A DNA stretch of 64,000 nt from Lama glama (lineage: Eukaryota): positions 8,992,001-9,056,000 of the forward strand of contig CM052818.1 in the NCBI GenBank assembly GCA_028534125.1. Direction: 5' to 3'. Made by a program: the position numbers and the translations under genes. Position 1 is the first letter of the stretch, and every line of letters starts with the position of its first letter. Shown in pieces: positions 27,206-40,084 of the stretch. The notes beneath the pieces were generated by a model. That model worked only from the letters and a program-made list of their open reading frames with translations. It was not told the origin of the DNA and searched no databases.

Positions 27206-28944
27206 ATTGAAGATTCTGATGAGAACTAAATAGCTTTATTAGTCAATCGGGAAAAAAAAACTATCAAAATAATGGTCCTAATAAAACAGCTGGATTCTTG
27301 AATTATAAAAGACACACATTTACGGTTTACATAAAGCATTGAAAACTAATTTTTTAAAGTAACTTTTTGCTAAATTATTACTAAACATTAAAGTGTGTCA
27401 AAACTAGAGATTAAGGCCCTGTAAATTTCAGAGAACGCTATCATCTCTCTTCTCTAGGAAAATGCCATCCTTTCCCTTCCACTGTAAAAATAAGACCTTA
27501 CAGCAGACCTACAGAGGCTTAGAGACAGAGTGATCATGCTGAAAATCTTGCCTCTGTAAACATTCTTATATAAAACCACAACACTGGAATCATCTGGGCA
27601 GCAGAACACTGCCTGGTGACTATTAGTTCCTACTCTACTCTTCCTAAATAAGCTGACATTATCACTGGGTCTTTAAAGTATTCTAAAGGGAAGATTTTCT
27701 ATTCCAATGTTTTCCTAAATGCCCCAAACAGGCTAACATGAACTATCAAAATTAGGAACTTAACTTAATTGCTACTACTATCCATTTTCAAATTAAGGTA
27801 CAGGACTTGAAGACATTCCTGTTCCTTTCTGTCATAAAATTATGCTAAAAATTTAAATGTCTCCAAAATATGCAGAGCAATGTCCATATTCCAACATGGT
27901 TCTAAAGGAAGTGTTTCTGTGTTTCCCAGTAATTTTTACCTGACATGACACACAAGACAGGAAATTATGAGTACATGGTATGTTACTAAGACTAAAACAA
28001 CCATTCTTAGTAGAATAATTACCTATGCTCTTCCAAAGAATTAGCAATAACATAGTCAATTCACTAGATCAAATTACTATAGAAACGGCAAATATTAGAC
28101 CTATGGTTTTATAAAATTTTACAGCTCTTGATTTTGCACAAGAGAAACATGAGTTGAAATATAGGATGCTACACCTATATTTGCATAATTCAAAACTTAT
28201 CCATGATACAATTAGACATATTAAGAAAGGAAACACCAGACTATACCCTATCAATGATGGTGATCTAAGGTTTTAGGCTAGTGACTTTTGAGAAAACTAT
28301 GAATAATAATTGCATGTGATATATAACAGTACTAAGATAACAGTTTATCATTAAATAAATGCAATAAGAATTAAGAGTATACACAAAACAAGGTGGTACC
28401 AAAATAAGCAGCAAAAGAGAGAACCAGAAACTCCCCAAAAGAATTCTGACTAAAATTAAGAGGAATTACAGGTGACAGTGGTAGTCGATAGCCTGTGGAT
28501 GGAATGAATCTTTTTTTTTTAAAACCATTTAGTTGGTTTTTAAATGTGACAGGCACTGAGATAAATTTATATACATATTATATATCTTCTATATTCATAT
28601 ACATAATGTACACTATCTTTAACCTTCAAAATAACTTTTTAAAATATATTACTTTTAAAGTAATTTAATGAGTGAGAAATCTGAGTATCAAAATGGTTTA
28701 GTGAGTTGGCCAGTAAGTATCAGAGGTGGAATTTAAGTCCAGGAATGGTGGGATACAGAATCTACTATCCTTCTTCCTCTATACCTTTCATGACAACATC
28801 ATCTCCTTAGAAAACACAGGGGACCTGGCATCAAAGGGTGAGTTATACCTCCGAGAAAAACTAGTCCTAGGAGGCTAAAAGTGAGGGAGAGCACCGATCA
28901 CACAGCAACAGGCAGCTAGGTGGGTTGCTGAGTTATGACATAAG

Positions 28945-29100
28945 GTCTGATTGAATTCAGATAGGCCTGTGTCTGAATTCTGGTTCTGTCTTCTACCAGT
29001 TGTGTGACCGTGGGCAAGTTACATTACCTTTCCATGCCCGAGTTTTCCTATGTGGAAAGTAGGATAAGAACAGTACATCCTCACTGGGCTTTTGCTAACC
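28945..29100 (+). mobile_element. MIR SINE
   Basis: tctgaattctggttctg...gttgtgtgaccgtgggcaagttac...agttttcctatgtggaaagtaggataa. Confidence 0.75.
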
Positions 29101-29164
29101 TGTCAGAAAGCAAATGATATCTTTGTTATTACTATTGGCTTATTGGCTTGGCACCCTTTCTGAC

Positions 29165-29616
29165 TGTCAACTAAAAAATGTCACCTGGTTCTACAAGAAT
29201 TAAGTCACTAGCAACTGTAGTCACTGACCTTTAAAACACTCTAAAAGGAATGCAGGGTAGAGATCAGGATTGAGGCACTCTGTGCTCTGGAAAAAAACCT
29301 GGCAGAACAGGCCTGCAGATAGATATTTTTAGGAGAAAATTTTATGAACCCAATTTTTTTGCATCTTCTCATACCCAGAAAAGCACTAAAATCATTAACA
29401 GAGACATCTGCTCCTCATGACCAGCAGCAAACTTCTCCCAAGAAGTGTACCTGATTGCACGTAACTCCTACACCAAAATCATACATATACTGACCTTCCC
29501 CTACATCTTCAGAGCAGTTCCTCAGAGCTATCTGAGAGGCTATCTCCCAGGCTACAGTCCTCAGTAAGTAAAACTGAACTCACAGCTCTCATGTTGTGCT
29601 TTTTTTTCGGTTGACA
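29165..29616 (+). mobile_element. ERV1-class solo LTR (~450 bp)
   Basis: TG...CA ends with a perfect 7-bp terminal inverted repeat, tgtcaac...gttgaca; LTR-type internal phrases cagttcctcagagctatctgagaggct and cccaggctacagtcctcag. Confidence 0.8.
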
Positions 29617-30986
29617 CTTGGCGAAGAAGAAAAGAAATTAGATATAAGATATTAGATAAGGTATTAAATTAGGTATTAGGTAAGTTCGGGTAGTAAATAA
29701 TATTGTGGTAAATATTCTGGATTTTCAAAATACCATGCTGATAAGGTAACTCATATTAATTACATAAGGTAACATCACATTACATGCTTACAGGAGCCTA
29801 TAAACAAAGAACATTCTTATGAGACTAGACAGGTAGGGAAAGGTCTTGTTTAAATTTGAATTTATACAGGCCCTGAAGAAGTGTGATTGTCTGAGATATT
29901 CATAGATAACTTCCCAACAGATTCAATACAAAATTCCTATTTTACCTTCCTGGAATGTAACCATCGACAGGGAGGATACGTGTATAATTTACTTACCTAT
30001 AGAGTACAGTCACATACCACATATATTATAAAGAAATTCACTAGGCTTATAATGAACTCTTTAAAAATCTTGTAGTCATTTCCTTTAGTTGAAAAGATCC
30101 TAGGTCTAGCTTTTCCTTGTGCAGACTGCAAGTAAAATAAAATACTGTCCCCAGCAGATTTAAATCCAAACACAGTACAAAGATTTCTTCTACACCTTCA
30201 TCACCTAAATATTGCTAATTATCGTATACAACATATATGGAGAGTATTTCATGACCAGAAAATATTAAGACAAATATTTATTAGTAAATTTGAAAACCTC
30301 GATGAAATGGTAATTGTTTAACTTTTTAGAATGCTGCCCAGCAATAAGAAAGAGCCTAAAACATTATCAGAGTTTAATTCTAAACCTCATTCAATTTCTT
30401 AATTAACCTTTTTCCTTATTAACCTGATGCAGTATAGCATTTTTCTTGTACACATGTCAAAATGAATTATTCAAGCGTTCAGCCTTTTGTATGACATTTC
30501 AAAATAAGCAAAGAGAAAATAAACATTTTTTAAAAGGATTAAAAATAAAAGAAATAAACATTACTACTTTCAAGCTTAGAATGACTCTTTAGGAATAGGA
30601 AAACAAACAAACAAGGCATGTGAAAATATGGAAAATTCTAAAATGGATTAACAAATAAGAAATACAAATATCTCCATCACACAAAAAAAAATCTCCAAGA
30701 ACATTTTTTGTGTATTTTGGGGGGCACTTTTTCCTATGCAAGTAAATATGTATTTCTAAAATTTGGATTATGATGGTTGCACATTCTGAATGTACTAAAT
30801 GTCACTAAAGGTAGATTTTATGTTATGTGTATTTTATAAGAATAAAAATTTTTTGTAAAATTTGGATTATACTATATATACCATATATACAGTTCTGTAT
30901 TTTGCTTTTTTCTCCACACTGAACATTATTTCATTTTCCAATATCACTAAATAATCTGAAAAACACTGATTTTTAAAAAATGACTA

Positions 30987-31167
30987 TAGAGTTCTTACAA
31001 TAACCCATAATGGAAAAGAATACACATATATGCACGCACACACATATAACTGAATCACTATGCTGTACACTAGAAACTAATACAACATTGTTAATCAAAA
31101 AATAAAAACTAAAATAAAAAATAAATAAAATTTGAAAACATAACAAAGAAATTTTTTTAAGTAAAAT
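30987..31167 (+). mobile_element. Short 5'-truncated L1 (3' end plus A-tail)
   Basis: aactgaatcactatgctgtacactagaaactaatacaacattgttaatc plus A-rich tail; 10-bp TSD aaaatgacta at 30977-30986 and 31168-31177. Confidence 0.8.
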
Positions 31168-31908
31168 AAAATGACTACAAATCATACAATAGATCTAACC
31201 AATTATATGGTTATTCACTTATTCTCCCTCACTGGCCCCCATTCATTTACCAATTATTGGAATTCAGTTGTTTCTAATTTTCTATCACATAAATCCCATA
31301 AGAATACTTGCATAAATAAATATTTAGAGAATCTCAGGTTGTTTCCTTAGGCTAAATTCCTATGAGTACCCCTTCTCCCCTACAATGAACACACACTCAA
31401 ATTTTCTTTTTGTTATTATTTATTTTTAAGTAATAAAAGTTTACACTGTGCTACTGGTTTCTTCCTTTGTCTCATTTTCCTCTCTCCACTCCTCAGAGTC
31501 ACCTACTATTCTGAATTTTATGTTTACCATCACATGCATATTTTTAAGTCATCTGGATGTTTTTAAACATTTTTATAAATGGTATCTGTGAAGTGCACTT
31601 ACTTCCTTTGCTTGCATAGGAATCAAACTCAGCTACCAACACTTATTTTGGAGACTGAAGACCCATGGTTTTAGCCCAACTCATCACTTTGCTTTTTGAT
31701 TCCATTTTAGGTTCACAGACAAGTTTATCTTCCATCAATGTGGCTAACTCTTCTGAGTTTCTATTTTTTATTGCTCTTATCATTTCCACTGGAGTAGAAG
31801 GGGCATAAAGTATGAATTTACAAGAATCACATTATTCAAAAGTACCTCCATACTCAATTGTTTAAAGGAAATAAAAATGTGAAACTATATTTAAAACACA
31901 TTTTACAA

Positions 31909-31988
31909 GGCGGGGAGAGAACAGCTCAGTGGTAGAGTGCGTGTTTAGCATGCACAAGGTCTTGAGTCCAATCCCTGAGTACTTCCAT

Positions 31989-32040
<52 letters not shown>

Positions 32041-32083
32041 CCTAATTACCTCCCTCCCCCCTCACAAAAATTTTTTTAAAAAA
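31909..32083 (+). mobile_element. Vic-1-type SINE with an expanded (TAAA)n tract
   Basis: ggcggggagagaacagctcagtggtagagtgcgtgtttagcatgcacaaggtc...(taaa)n cctaattacctcc. Confidence 0.88.
31990..32040. repeat. (TAAA)12 perfect microsatellite
   Basis: Uninterrupted tetranucleotide run of 51 bp. Confidence 0.95.
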
Positions 32084-32499
32084 CCACACACATTCTAAAG
32101 AAAAACACCTAAACAGACTGCTAAAAATATTTTATCCTCATAACTTGTTCACTAAGTACCTCAATTTACACTGGTCCCCACTTCATGTAAAAGGAAAGGG
32201 AGCAGTGGTAAGTAATATTAGAAGATTGATCTTAGACTATCTGACTTACAGTTTCTACAACTACCCTCTTTCATTACTAAAATTCAAAAGGTTAAAAAAA
32301 GCAAAAAAAATTTTCAAAAACTATGAGTTAGTAACTTTCTTAGGGTCTCACAGAAGAATCAAAAACTATACTACAGGAAAATTAATAAAATAACCTACAA
32401 CTTAAGTTAGATACTGTCTGTCCTACAGTGTAAGAACAAACACACATTCACAGGTTAGAGTTCTTTCCCTCTAAAATATTATATCAAAAAGAATAATTC

Positions 32500-32830
32500 A
32501 TTCAATCCCTGCCTTATTCCATATATAAAAATTAACTCAAAATGGATCAATGACCTAAATACTTATACTGACCTACTGCTCTTCAGCTAAATAGGGGTAA
32601 GTCTGCATGACTCAGATTGGCAATAAATTTGTAGATCTGACATTAAAAGCATGAACAATAAAAGAAACAAAACAGATAAACTAGACTTCATAAAAATTAA
32701 AAACTCTCATGCATCAAAGGTCATTACCAAGCACATGAAAAGACACTATGGAATGGGAGAAAATATTTGTGAATCACATTATCAAATAAGAGTTTAATAT
32801 TAAGAATATATAAATATATTATTCAAAAAT
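32500..32830 (+). mobile_element. Degraded L1 ORF2 C-terminal fragment
   Basis: aaaattaactcaaaatggatcaatgacctaaat...gacttcataaaaattaaaaac...gaatgggagaaaatatttg. Confidence 0.8.
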
Positions 32831-33139
32831 AAAGTTAATCTGAAGCCAGAAAAAAAAAATCATACTTATTTCAGAGGGCTGGTAAGAGAACTGAATGAGT
32901 CAATGCATAAAATATGTTTAGAACAGCATCTGGTACATGGTGAGGATATAATAAATAATAGCTATTAGTTGTTCTGATAGTAAACACTCAGTAGATATTT
33001 GCTAAATGGATGAGAATTCAAACATACAATAACAAACCAAGAAGAACTAATTTCATTAATTCCATACTTGTTAATGTCACTCTATTCCTCATTTTTTCCC
33101 AGCAAAAATAAACTGTGGCATATATTTACTTGTTTTTTT

Positions 33140-33528
33140 TTTTAAGCAGAAGTAATGGTGTACAAGTCAGAGACTTGGTCATACAAAGCACTGTAGTTTT
33201 CTGCTTGCTTTTTCTCTCTTGGATCACTCATATGGAAGAAACCAGTTGCTATGTTACACTGTGGCCAAGAACCAGGAAGAAACTCAAGCCTCTTCCAACA
33301 GCCATGAGTAAGCCTGGAGACAGATCCTCCAGCCTCAGTCAAGCCTTGGGATGGCTATAGTCCTGGATGACATAGATGTGCCACTCATGAGAGACCCTGA
33401 GCTAGACTCACTTACCTAAACTGCTCCAAAAATTCCTATCCCAACTCCTATGTGAAATAATAGTTTGTTGTTTTTTAAGCCTCTGATTTTGGGGGTTATT
33501 TGTTATATAGCAGTAGATAACTAATACA
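33140..33528 (+). mobile_element. MaLR LTR (MLT1-like)
   Basis: ccaacagccatgag, ctcatgagagaccctgag, gtttgttgttttttaagcc, ttgttatatagcagtagataactaataca. Confidence 0.8.
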
Positions 33529-34401
33529 TGGATTCTTTCCTTATCAACTCATTCAAAAATTTATCACACCTACTTTAATATTTTGAGGTTATAAGGGATA
33601 CAAATAATAGTGGAAAACTGTAGGCTTCTTGAAGCCATAAACTAACAAGGCACTGTGGTGGACTTATATTGGTTTTGTTTGTCCAATATGCCTAATTCCT
33701 TTCAGAAACTACTTCTCACCTATCCCCTGTGGTATCAGCTGTCAGTCTATACCTTACCTTACCCCTGGTTAAAGAGCTGGACAAATAGTGCAAGTTTAAA
33801 TTACCCTAATTTCTGTTAAGAGTGACTTTTCCATAGGTGGCCATGTGACCTAAGCAAGGAAAATAAGAATCTCAGCCTTTAATAAATATATATATAAAGA
33901 GAAAGAGAGAAGAGAAATACCTCTTCCCGCTGGTATTGCTAAGCTGAAAAGATAAGTCTGGGCTTGAGAGCCATCATTTTACCTTCACAGGGGGTAAGCT
34001 TATTTACAGAATAACATGAACAGAGCCAGAGAGAACCAAGAGGTATCTGAAGTCAGGAACCACGTTTAGGCTTCCTAAGTACATAAACTGCTAACCTCCT
34101 TTCTTGCTTAAGTTAGACACTAATATAGGTGCTTTGCTTTTCATTTTAAATCTAAGTTGTATCAAATGTTAAAGAAAGGTTCAAACATCTTGAGAATTCA
34201 GATTATCTGATCCAGTTGAGATAACTAGGGAGGAATTCATGGCAGAGACATTCAGTAATATGAACTCTAAAGAAAAAAACTATTTAGCCAAGCGAAAATG
34301 GGGATGGATAAAGAACATTCCAATAGCAATGGAAAAGGATATGCATGTATAGAATATACAGTCCCACTTGGTTGGACTCTGCAATATAAATAGGTGATAG
34401 A

Positions 34402-34660
34402 TTATGGTTACTGGGGTGGGGGAGGGGTGGGAACGGATGAATTGGGAGTTTGAGATTTGCAGATACTGACAACTATATATGAAATAGATTAACAAGTTTC
34501 TACTGTATAGCATAGGGAACTATATTCAATATCTTGCAGTAACCTATAGTGAAAAAGAATATGAAAAGAAATATATGTAGGTATATGTATGATTGAAGCA
34601 TTGTGCTGTACACCAGAAATTGACACAACACTGTAAACTGATGATATTTCAATTAAAAAA
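34402..34660 (+). mobile_element. 5'-truncated lineage-specific L1 3' end
   Basis: G-rich tract, gggagtttgagatttgcagatact, gctgtacaccagaaattgacacaacactgtaaactg, and A-tail; 14-bp TSD aaataggtga(t/c)aga at 34388-34401 and 34661-34674. Confidence 0.9.
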
Positions 34661-35209
34661 AAATAGGTGACAGAACATGGAAACCTTATATTATATTCTT
34701 AGAGGGCCAGGTTGTTTTCTCCAGACTAAGGGAGTGTGTGAGGGGGAGTTATCTAGCATAAAATAACTGGTCAGACTCATTTTGTGATCAATACTGTTTG
34801 GCTGTCACCACTCAATTAGCTATGTACTCACCAGCTTTATCATCATAATTCAGTTCATGTCCCTCTACTGTAACCATAGAGTATTAAATGACTTATTAAA
34901 ATTCAGATATACTTTCTCTATTATTGGCTTCCTCTAATCTACTTAGTTTAATAACCCTGGCAATGAAAAGGACATTGAACTTATTTTATTAACCTGAGCT
35001 TGTTCCTAGTCTCTACCACTCATTATTATTGCCACCTGTATCTTCGGTGATACCACTGAGGTCTCTTTAATTAACTACAGACAGAGCTATTTAGAAAGTT
35101 CAGAAGCATGATAAGCCTGAAACTTAGCTTCTAAGTTCAAAAGTTCCACTTTCTGTCTCTGCATTTGAGAAATCCTTTTTTAAAAATCCACCCAAAAGTG
35201 TTAAGAAAG

Positions 35210-37893
35210 ACCTTACACCATATACGAAAATTAACTCAAAATGGATCAAAGACCTAAACATAAGAGCTAAAACTATAAAACTCCTAGAAGAAAACAGGGG
35301 AAAGTTTCATGACACTGAATTTGGTAATTATTTCTTGGACATGACACTAAAAGCACAGGAAACAAAAGAAAAAGACAGATAAATTGGACTACACAAAAAT
35401 TAAAAGTTTTTGTCCATTGAAGGATATTATCTAGAGAGTGAAAAGAAAACCTACAGAATGAAAGAGAATATTTGCAAATCATATATCTGATAAGTGATTG
35501 ATATCCAGGATATACAAAGAACTCCTACAACTCAACAGTAACAACAAACAGCCAGGTTAAACAATGGGCAAAGAATTTGAGTAGATATTTCTCCAAAGAA
35601 GATATATAAATAGACAATAAGCACATGAAAAGATGCTCAACATCACTAATTATCAGGGAATGTAACTCAAAACCACAATGAGATACCACTTCACACCCAT
35701 TACAATGGCAATTAAAAAAAGAAAAGAAAGAAAGGAGGAAGGAAATAAGTGTTGATGAGGATGTGTAGAAATTATAACTCTTGTGCATTGCTAGAAAGAA
35801 CATAAAACGGTTGCAACCACTGTAGAAAACAGTTTGGCAGTTCCTCAAAAAGTTAAACTTAGAATTACCATATGATCTTGCAATTCTACTTCTAAGTATA
35901 TATGCTAAGCAGGGACTCAAACAGGTATTTGTACACTGTGTCCATAGTAATATTATTCACAAAAAAACAAAAGATGAAGATAACTCAAATGTCCATCAAC
36001 AGATTAATGGATATAGAATAGAGAGCCAAGAAATGAACCCACAGACCTATGGTCAATTAATCTTCGACAAAGGAGGCAAGAATATAAAATAGAGAAAAGA
36101 CAGTCTCTTCAGCAAATGGTGTTGGGAAAACTGAGTAGCAGCATGTAAACCAATGAAGTTAGAACACCCCCCTCACACCATACACAACAATAAACTCAAA
36201 ATGGCTTAAAGACTTAAATATAATAAGACAACACACAATAAAACTCCTAGAAGAAAACACAGGCAAAACATTCTCTGACATAAATCTCAGCAACATTCTC
36301 CTAGGACAGTCTACCTAGGCAATAGAAATAAGAGCAAAAATAAACAAATGGGACCTAATTAAACTTAAAAGCTTTTGCACAGCAAAGGAAACCATAAGCA
36401 AAACAAAACAACAACCTACGGAATGGGAGAAAATATTTGCAAATGATGCAACTGACAAAGGCCTAATTGCCAGAATATAGAAACAGTTCATACAACTTAA
36501 TAACATAAAACCAAACCACCTAGTCCAAAAATGGGCAGAAGACCTAAACAAGCAATTCTCCAAAAAAGACATACAAATAACCAACAGGCACATGAAAAAA
36601 TGTTCAATATCGCTAATTATCAAAGAAATGCAAATCAAAACAACAATGAGCTATCACCTCACACCAGTCAGAATGGCCATCATTCAAAAGTCCATGAACA
36701 ATAAATGCTGGAAAGGGTGTGGAGAAAAGGGAACCCTCCTACACTGCTGGTGAGAATGTAGTTTCATGCAGCCTCTATGGAAAATAGTATGGAGATTCCT
36801 CAAGAAACAAAAAATAGACTTACCATATGATCCAGCAATCCCACTTCTGGGTATATATCCAGAGACAACTCTAATTTGAAAACATACATGCACCCCAATG
36901 TTCATAGCAGCAATATATACAATAGCCAAGACATGGAACCAACCTAAATGTCCATCAACAGATGACTAGATAAAGAAGCTGTGGTGTATTTATACAATGG
37001 AATAGTACTCAATCATAAAAAAAGAATAAAATAATTCTATTTGTAACAACATGGATGGACCCAGAGATCATCATTCGAAGTGAAGTAAACCAGAAAGAGA
37101 AAGAAAAATATCATATGATATCACTCATATGAGGGATCTGAAAAAAAAAAAAAGGACACTGATGAGTTTATTTACAAAACAGAAACAGACTCACAGACAT
37201 AGTAAACAATCATATGATTACCAGGGGAAACAGGGTGGGAAGGAATAAATTTGGGAGTTTGAGATTTGCAAATGTTAGCCATGATATATAAAAATAAATT
37301 TAAAAAACCAAGTTTCTTCTGTATAGCATATGGAACTATATTCAATATCTTATAATAACCTTTAATTAAAAAATATGAAAACAAATATATGTATGTATAT
37401 GTATGACTGGGACAGTGTGCTATACACCAGAAATTGACATAGTGGAACTGACTGTACTTCAATTAAAAAAAAAACAGATTAATGGATAAATAAAATGTGG
37501 CATATAATAACAGTGGAATATTAGTCTTAAAAAAGAATGAAATTCCAACAGAATGCTACAACATGGATGAATCTTAAGACATTATGCAAAGAGAAAAAGC
37601 CAGTCACAGAAGACAAATACTATACGATTTCACTTATTTAAGGTCCCTAGAGTAGTCAAATCCATTGAAGCAGAAAGCAGACAGAGATTACGAGGGGACA
37701 GAGAAAGGTGAGAATAAGAAGTTACTGTTTAATGGGTGCAGAGTTGCTGTTTGGGATGATGAAAAGGTTCTGGAAATAGAGAGTGTTGATGGTTACACAA
37801 CACTGTGAATGTACTTAATACCACTGAACTTGTACACTTAAAAGTAGTTAAATGGTAAATTTTACGTTATGTATATTTTACACAATTAAAAAA
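35210..37893 (+). mobile_element. Older L1 (L1MB-like) 3' part of ORF2 plus 3'UTR, interrupted by a younger L1
   Basis: ORF2-like sequence at 35210-36013 resumes at 37489 and ends with gtgaatgtacttaataccactgaacttgtacacttaaaa...tatattttacacaattaaaaaa. Confidence 0.9.
36014..37472 (+). mobile_element. Younger 5'-truncated L1 (~1.46 kb; ORF2 C-terminus with stops/frameshifts, 3'UTR, polyA)
   Basis: Begins in ORF2 (RIESQEMNPQTYGQLIFDKGGKNI); perfect 16-bp TSD aacagattaatggata at 35998-36013 and 37473-37488. Confidence 0.93.
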
Positions 37894-38565
37894 GTGCTAA
37901 GACTAGGCTTGGGCCAGAGGCCTTCTGCATTCATCTTGGCAGTAGAGCGGTGGCATACATGGAATGAAGCCCACAGCCCACCAGCCAGTACACAAATACA
38001 AGACAAACACAAGCAGTTTCAACACTGCTGGGCAGGATACACTGTCATCCTGATTTTAGCACAAAGGACTTACACCCAAAAATTGTTTCCAAGCCCTCTT
38101 TAAGGCTTAGTTTCCTGGCTTCCTCTCAAGCAGCCCATCTGTCTACAAGAATAGAATCAGAGAGCCTGAATGGCAAGAATCTGAAAGAAGTCCAACACCA
38201 GGGGCTGCCTGTTGGCAGGCTACTAGTCAGAAACTGAGGTCTTCAGCAGCATCAAAGCCCTGTTCTCCCAGGGTCAACGAGTTTGCAAAGACAAACATTC
38301 ATCTCTTTCTCCATTTTTAATTCTTTATACTGAAGCATAATATACATACAGAAAAGGGTATATCATAAGAAACAATGATTTTTTTTAAGTCTATCAGGAA
38401 AAATTTAAGCTCAATCTCTAATGCATCTTTTCATAAACTGGGAGTTTAAAAATAAAATTACTTCAGCACAAACAGCATTTTCTTAACTGCCAAATGTTAA
38501 TTTTTTTGATTGATTTTTCCCCAAGTGGAAGGGCTAGAAAGAGCCATCAAAAAATTCAAGTTGTA

Positions 38566-38612
38566 ACACTGTAAATTGACTACATTTCAATAAAAAATAA
38601 GAATTAAATTTT
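38566..38612 (+). mobile_element. Ultra-short L1 3'-terminal insertion
   Basis: acactgtaaattgactacatttcaataaaaaa flanked by the duplicated sequence aaaaat(c)tcaagttgta. Confidence 0.75.
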
Positions 38613-40084
38613 AAAAATCTCAAGTTGTATATTAGATGGTCAATTAAGCAATAAGACTTTAAACAAAGACTATGGTTACCAATTCATACTAACATATTCA
38701 TGCAAAAAGAGAGTTACCCCAATTCCTCACTTTGTTTCATTTTCTACATCCCTTTCAACCCACCTCAAAGCAACTCATATACATAAAACATTTCTTGTAC
38801 CTGCTCACTTCAACTACGAAAACTATCTCCATCTTCCTGGCTAGTATGATCTCACCTGGACCCCTACAATAGCTCCCTCTAAGTGTTCTCCTGCCTTCCC
38901 TCTTTTTCCTTTTGGTACTATAATGATTTTTATTACTTATCCCTGGGCTTGCCAAATTTTGAAACATGTTACAATAAAATTTAAAAAGGATGATTGTAAT
39001 AATTGTGGAACAGAAGTAGAAAATTGGAAGGAAGGTTGTCAGAAATCCATGTAGCCCCATTTTGAAGAGGAGTTAAATTTTCTCTCTGTTCATTCTGGAT
39101 ACCTAACCTTGCTAACAGAACAAAGGGTGAAGCTTTTGGTTCTTTGTTTTTAACTTGAGACCCCATTATACTTAACTACTATAATACAGAGATTTGGAAG
39201 CAAGAGAATAGCTCTTAATATGAAAAAAACCAATTCCAACCTTAGTTATTTCTTTTCTGGGATCTCAGTTTCACAGCTTCACTTCTGACTATATTATAAT
39301 TCACCCTTCACACGTGAATCAAAGTGATCCTATTGAGGACATAAATCACATTTCATGACTCTCTTGTTTGAAATCCTCTAATGGTTCCCTATTATACTCA
39401 GAAAAAAAACATCCAGGTATCTTACCAAAGCCAACTTCCTGCCCTTGCTGTTCCCTCTGCACGTATTTTGTGCTCTCAGATCAGCCTGCCTCCTTAGAGA
39501 AAACTTCCCTCACTCAAACAAAAGCAAAAGCCCTTTACTTTGGGGTGGGGTCTGGGCATCCATAATTTTTTAAAGCTCCTCAAATGATACTGATACACAG
39601 TGATGCTGAGAACACAGCAGTAAATGAATCTTGCTGTTGCTTACAACAATTTTTCTGCCAATTTATTTCTTGGTACTTCTCGCTGCCTATAGTTTGAGAA
39701 ACTGGAAAACCATGTAGGAAGTGGTTTAAAAAAAAAAAAGAAATGGAAATCATCAGGAACCTGTATTAACCCAGTGCTAAAGGTCACACCTATGTGTTAA
39801 TTGCAAGGGTTATGTTCATAAACTCTAGAGAATTCACACAACTTGTGCCAACTTTTTTGTTGTTCTTAGTTCATGACACTCAGCTCTGAATCAGAGTTGA
39901 AGCCAGAGAAATTAAATGCAAATGTTACCTCCTCAGAACTGCTTTCCTCAACTGCCATTTCCTCTTCAGAGCTTTGATAAGGCTCTTCAGGCTCTCATAT
40001 ACTGTCTCACAATAATTACTACTATTTTTTGTTTACTGTAAGCTCCTTAAGAGACGAGACTTGTCTGTATTGTTCCTCAGCACC

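Noticed and set aside
35273..37462. Cluster of minus-strand hydrophobic ORFs
   Set aside because: These are antisense translations of L1 ORF2/3'UTR, a common artefact.
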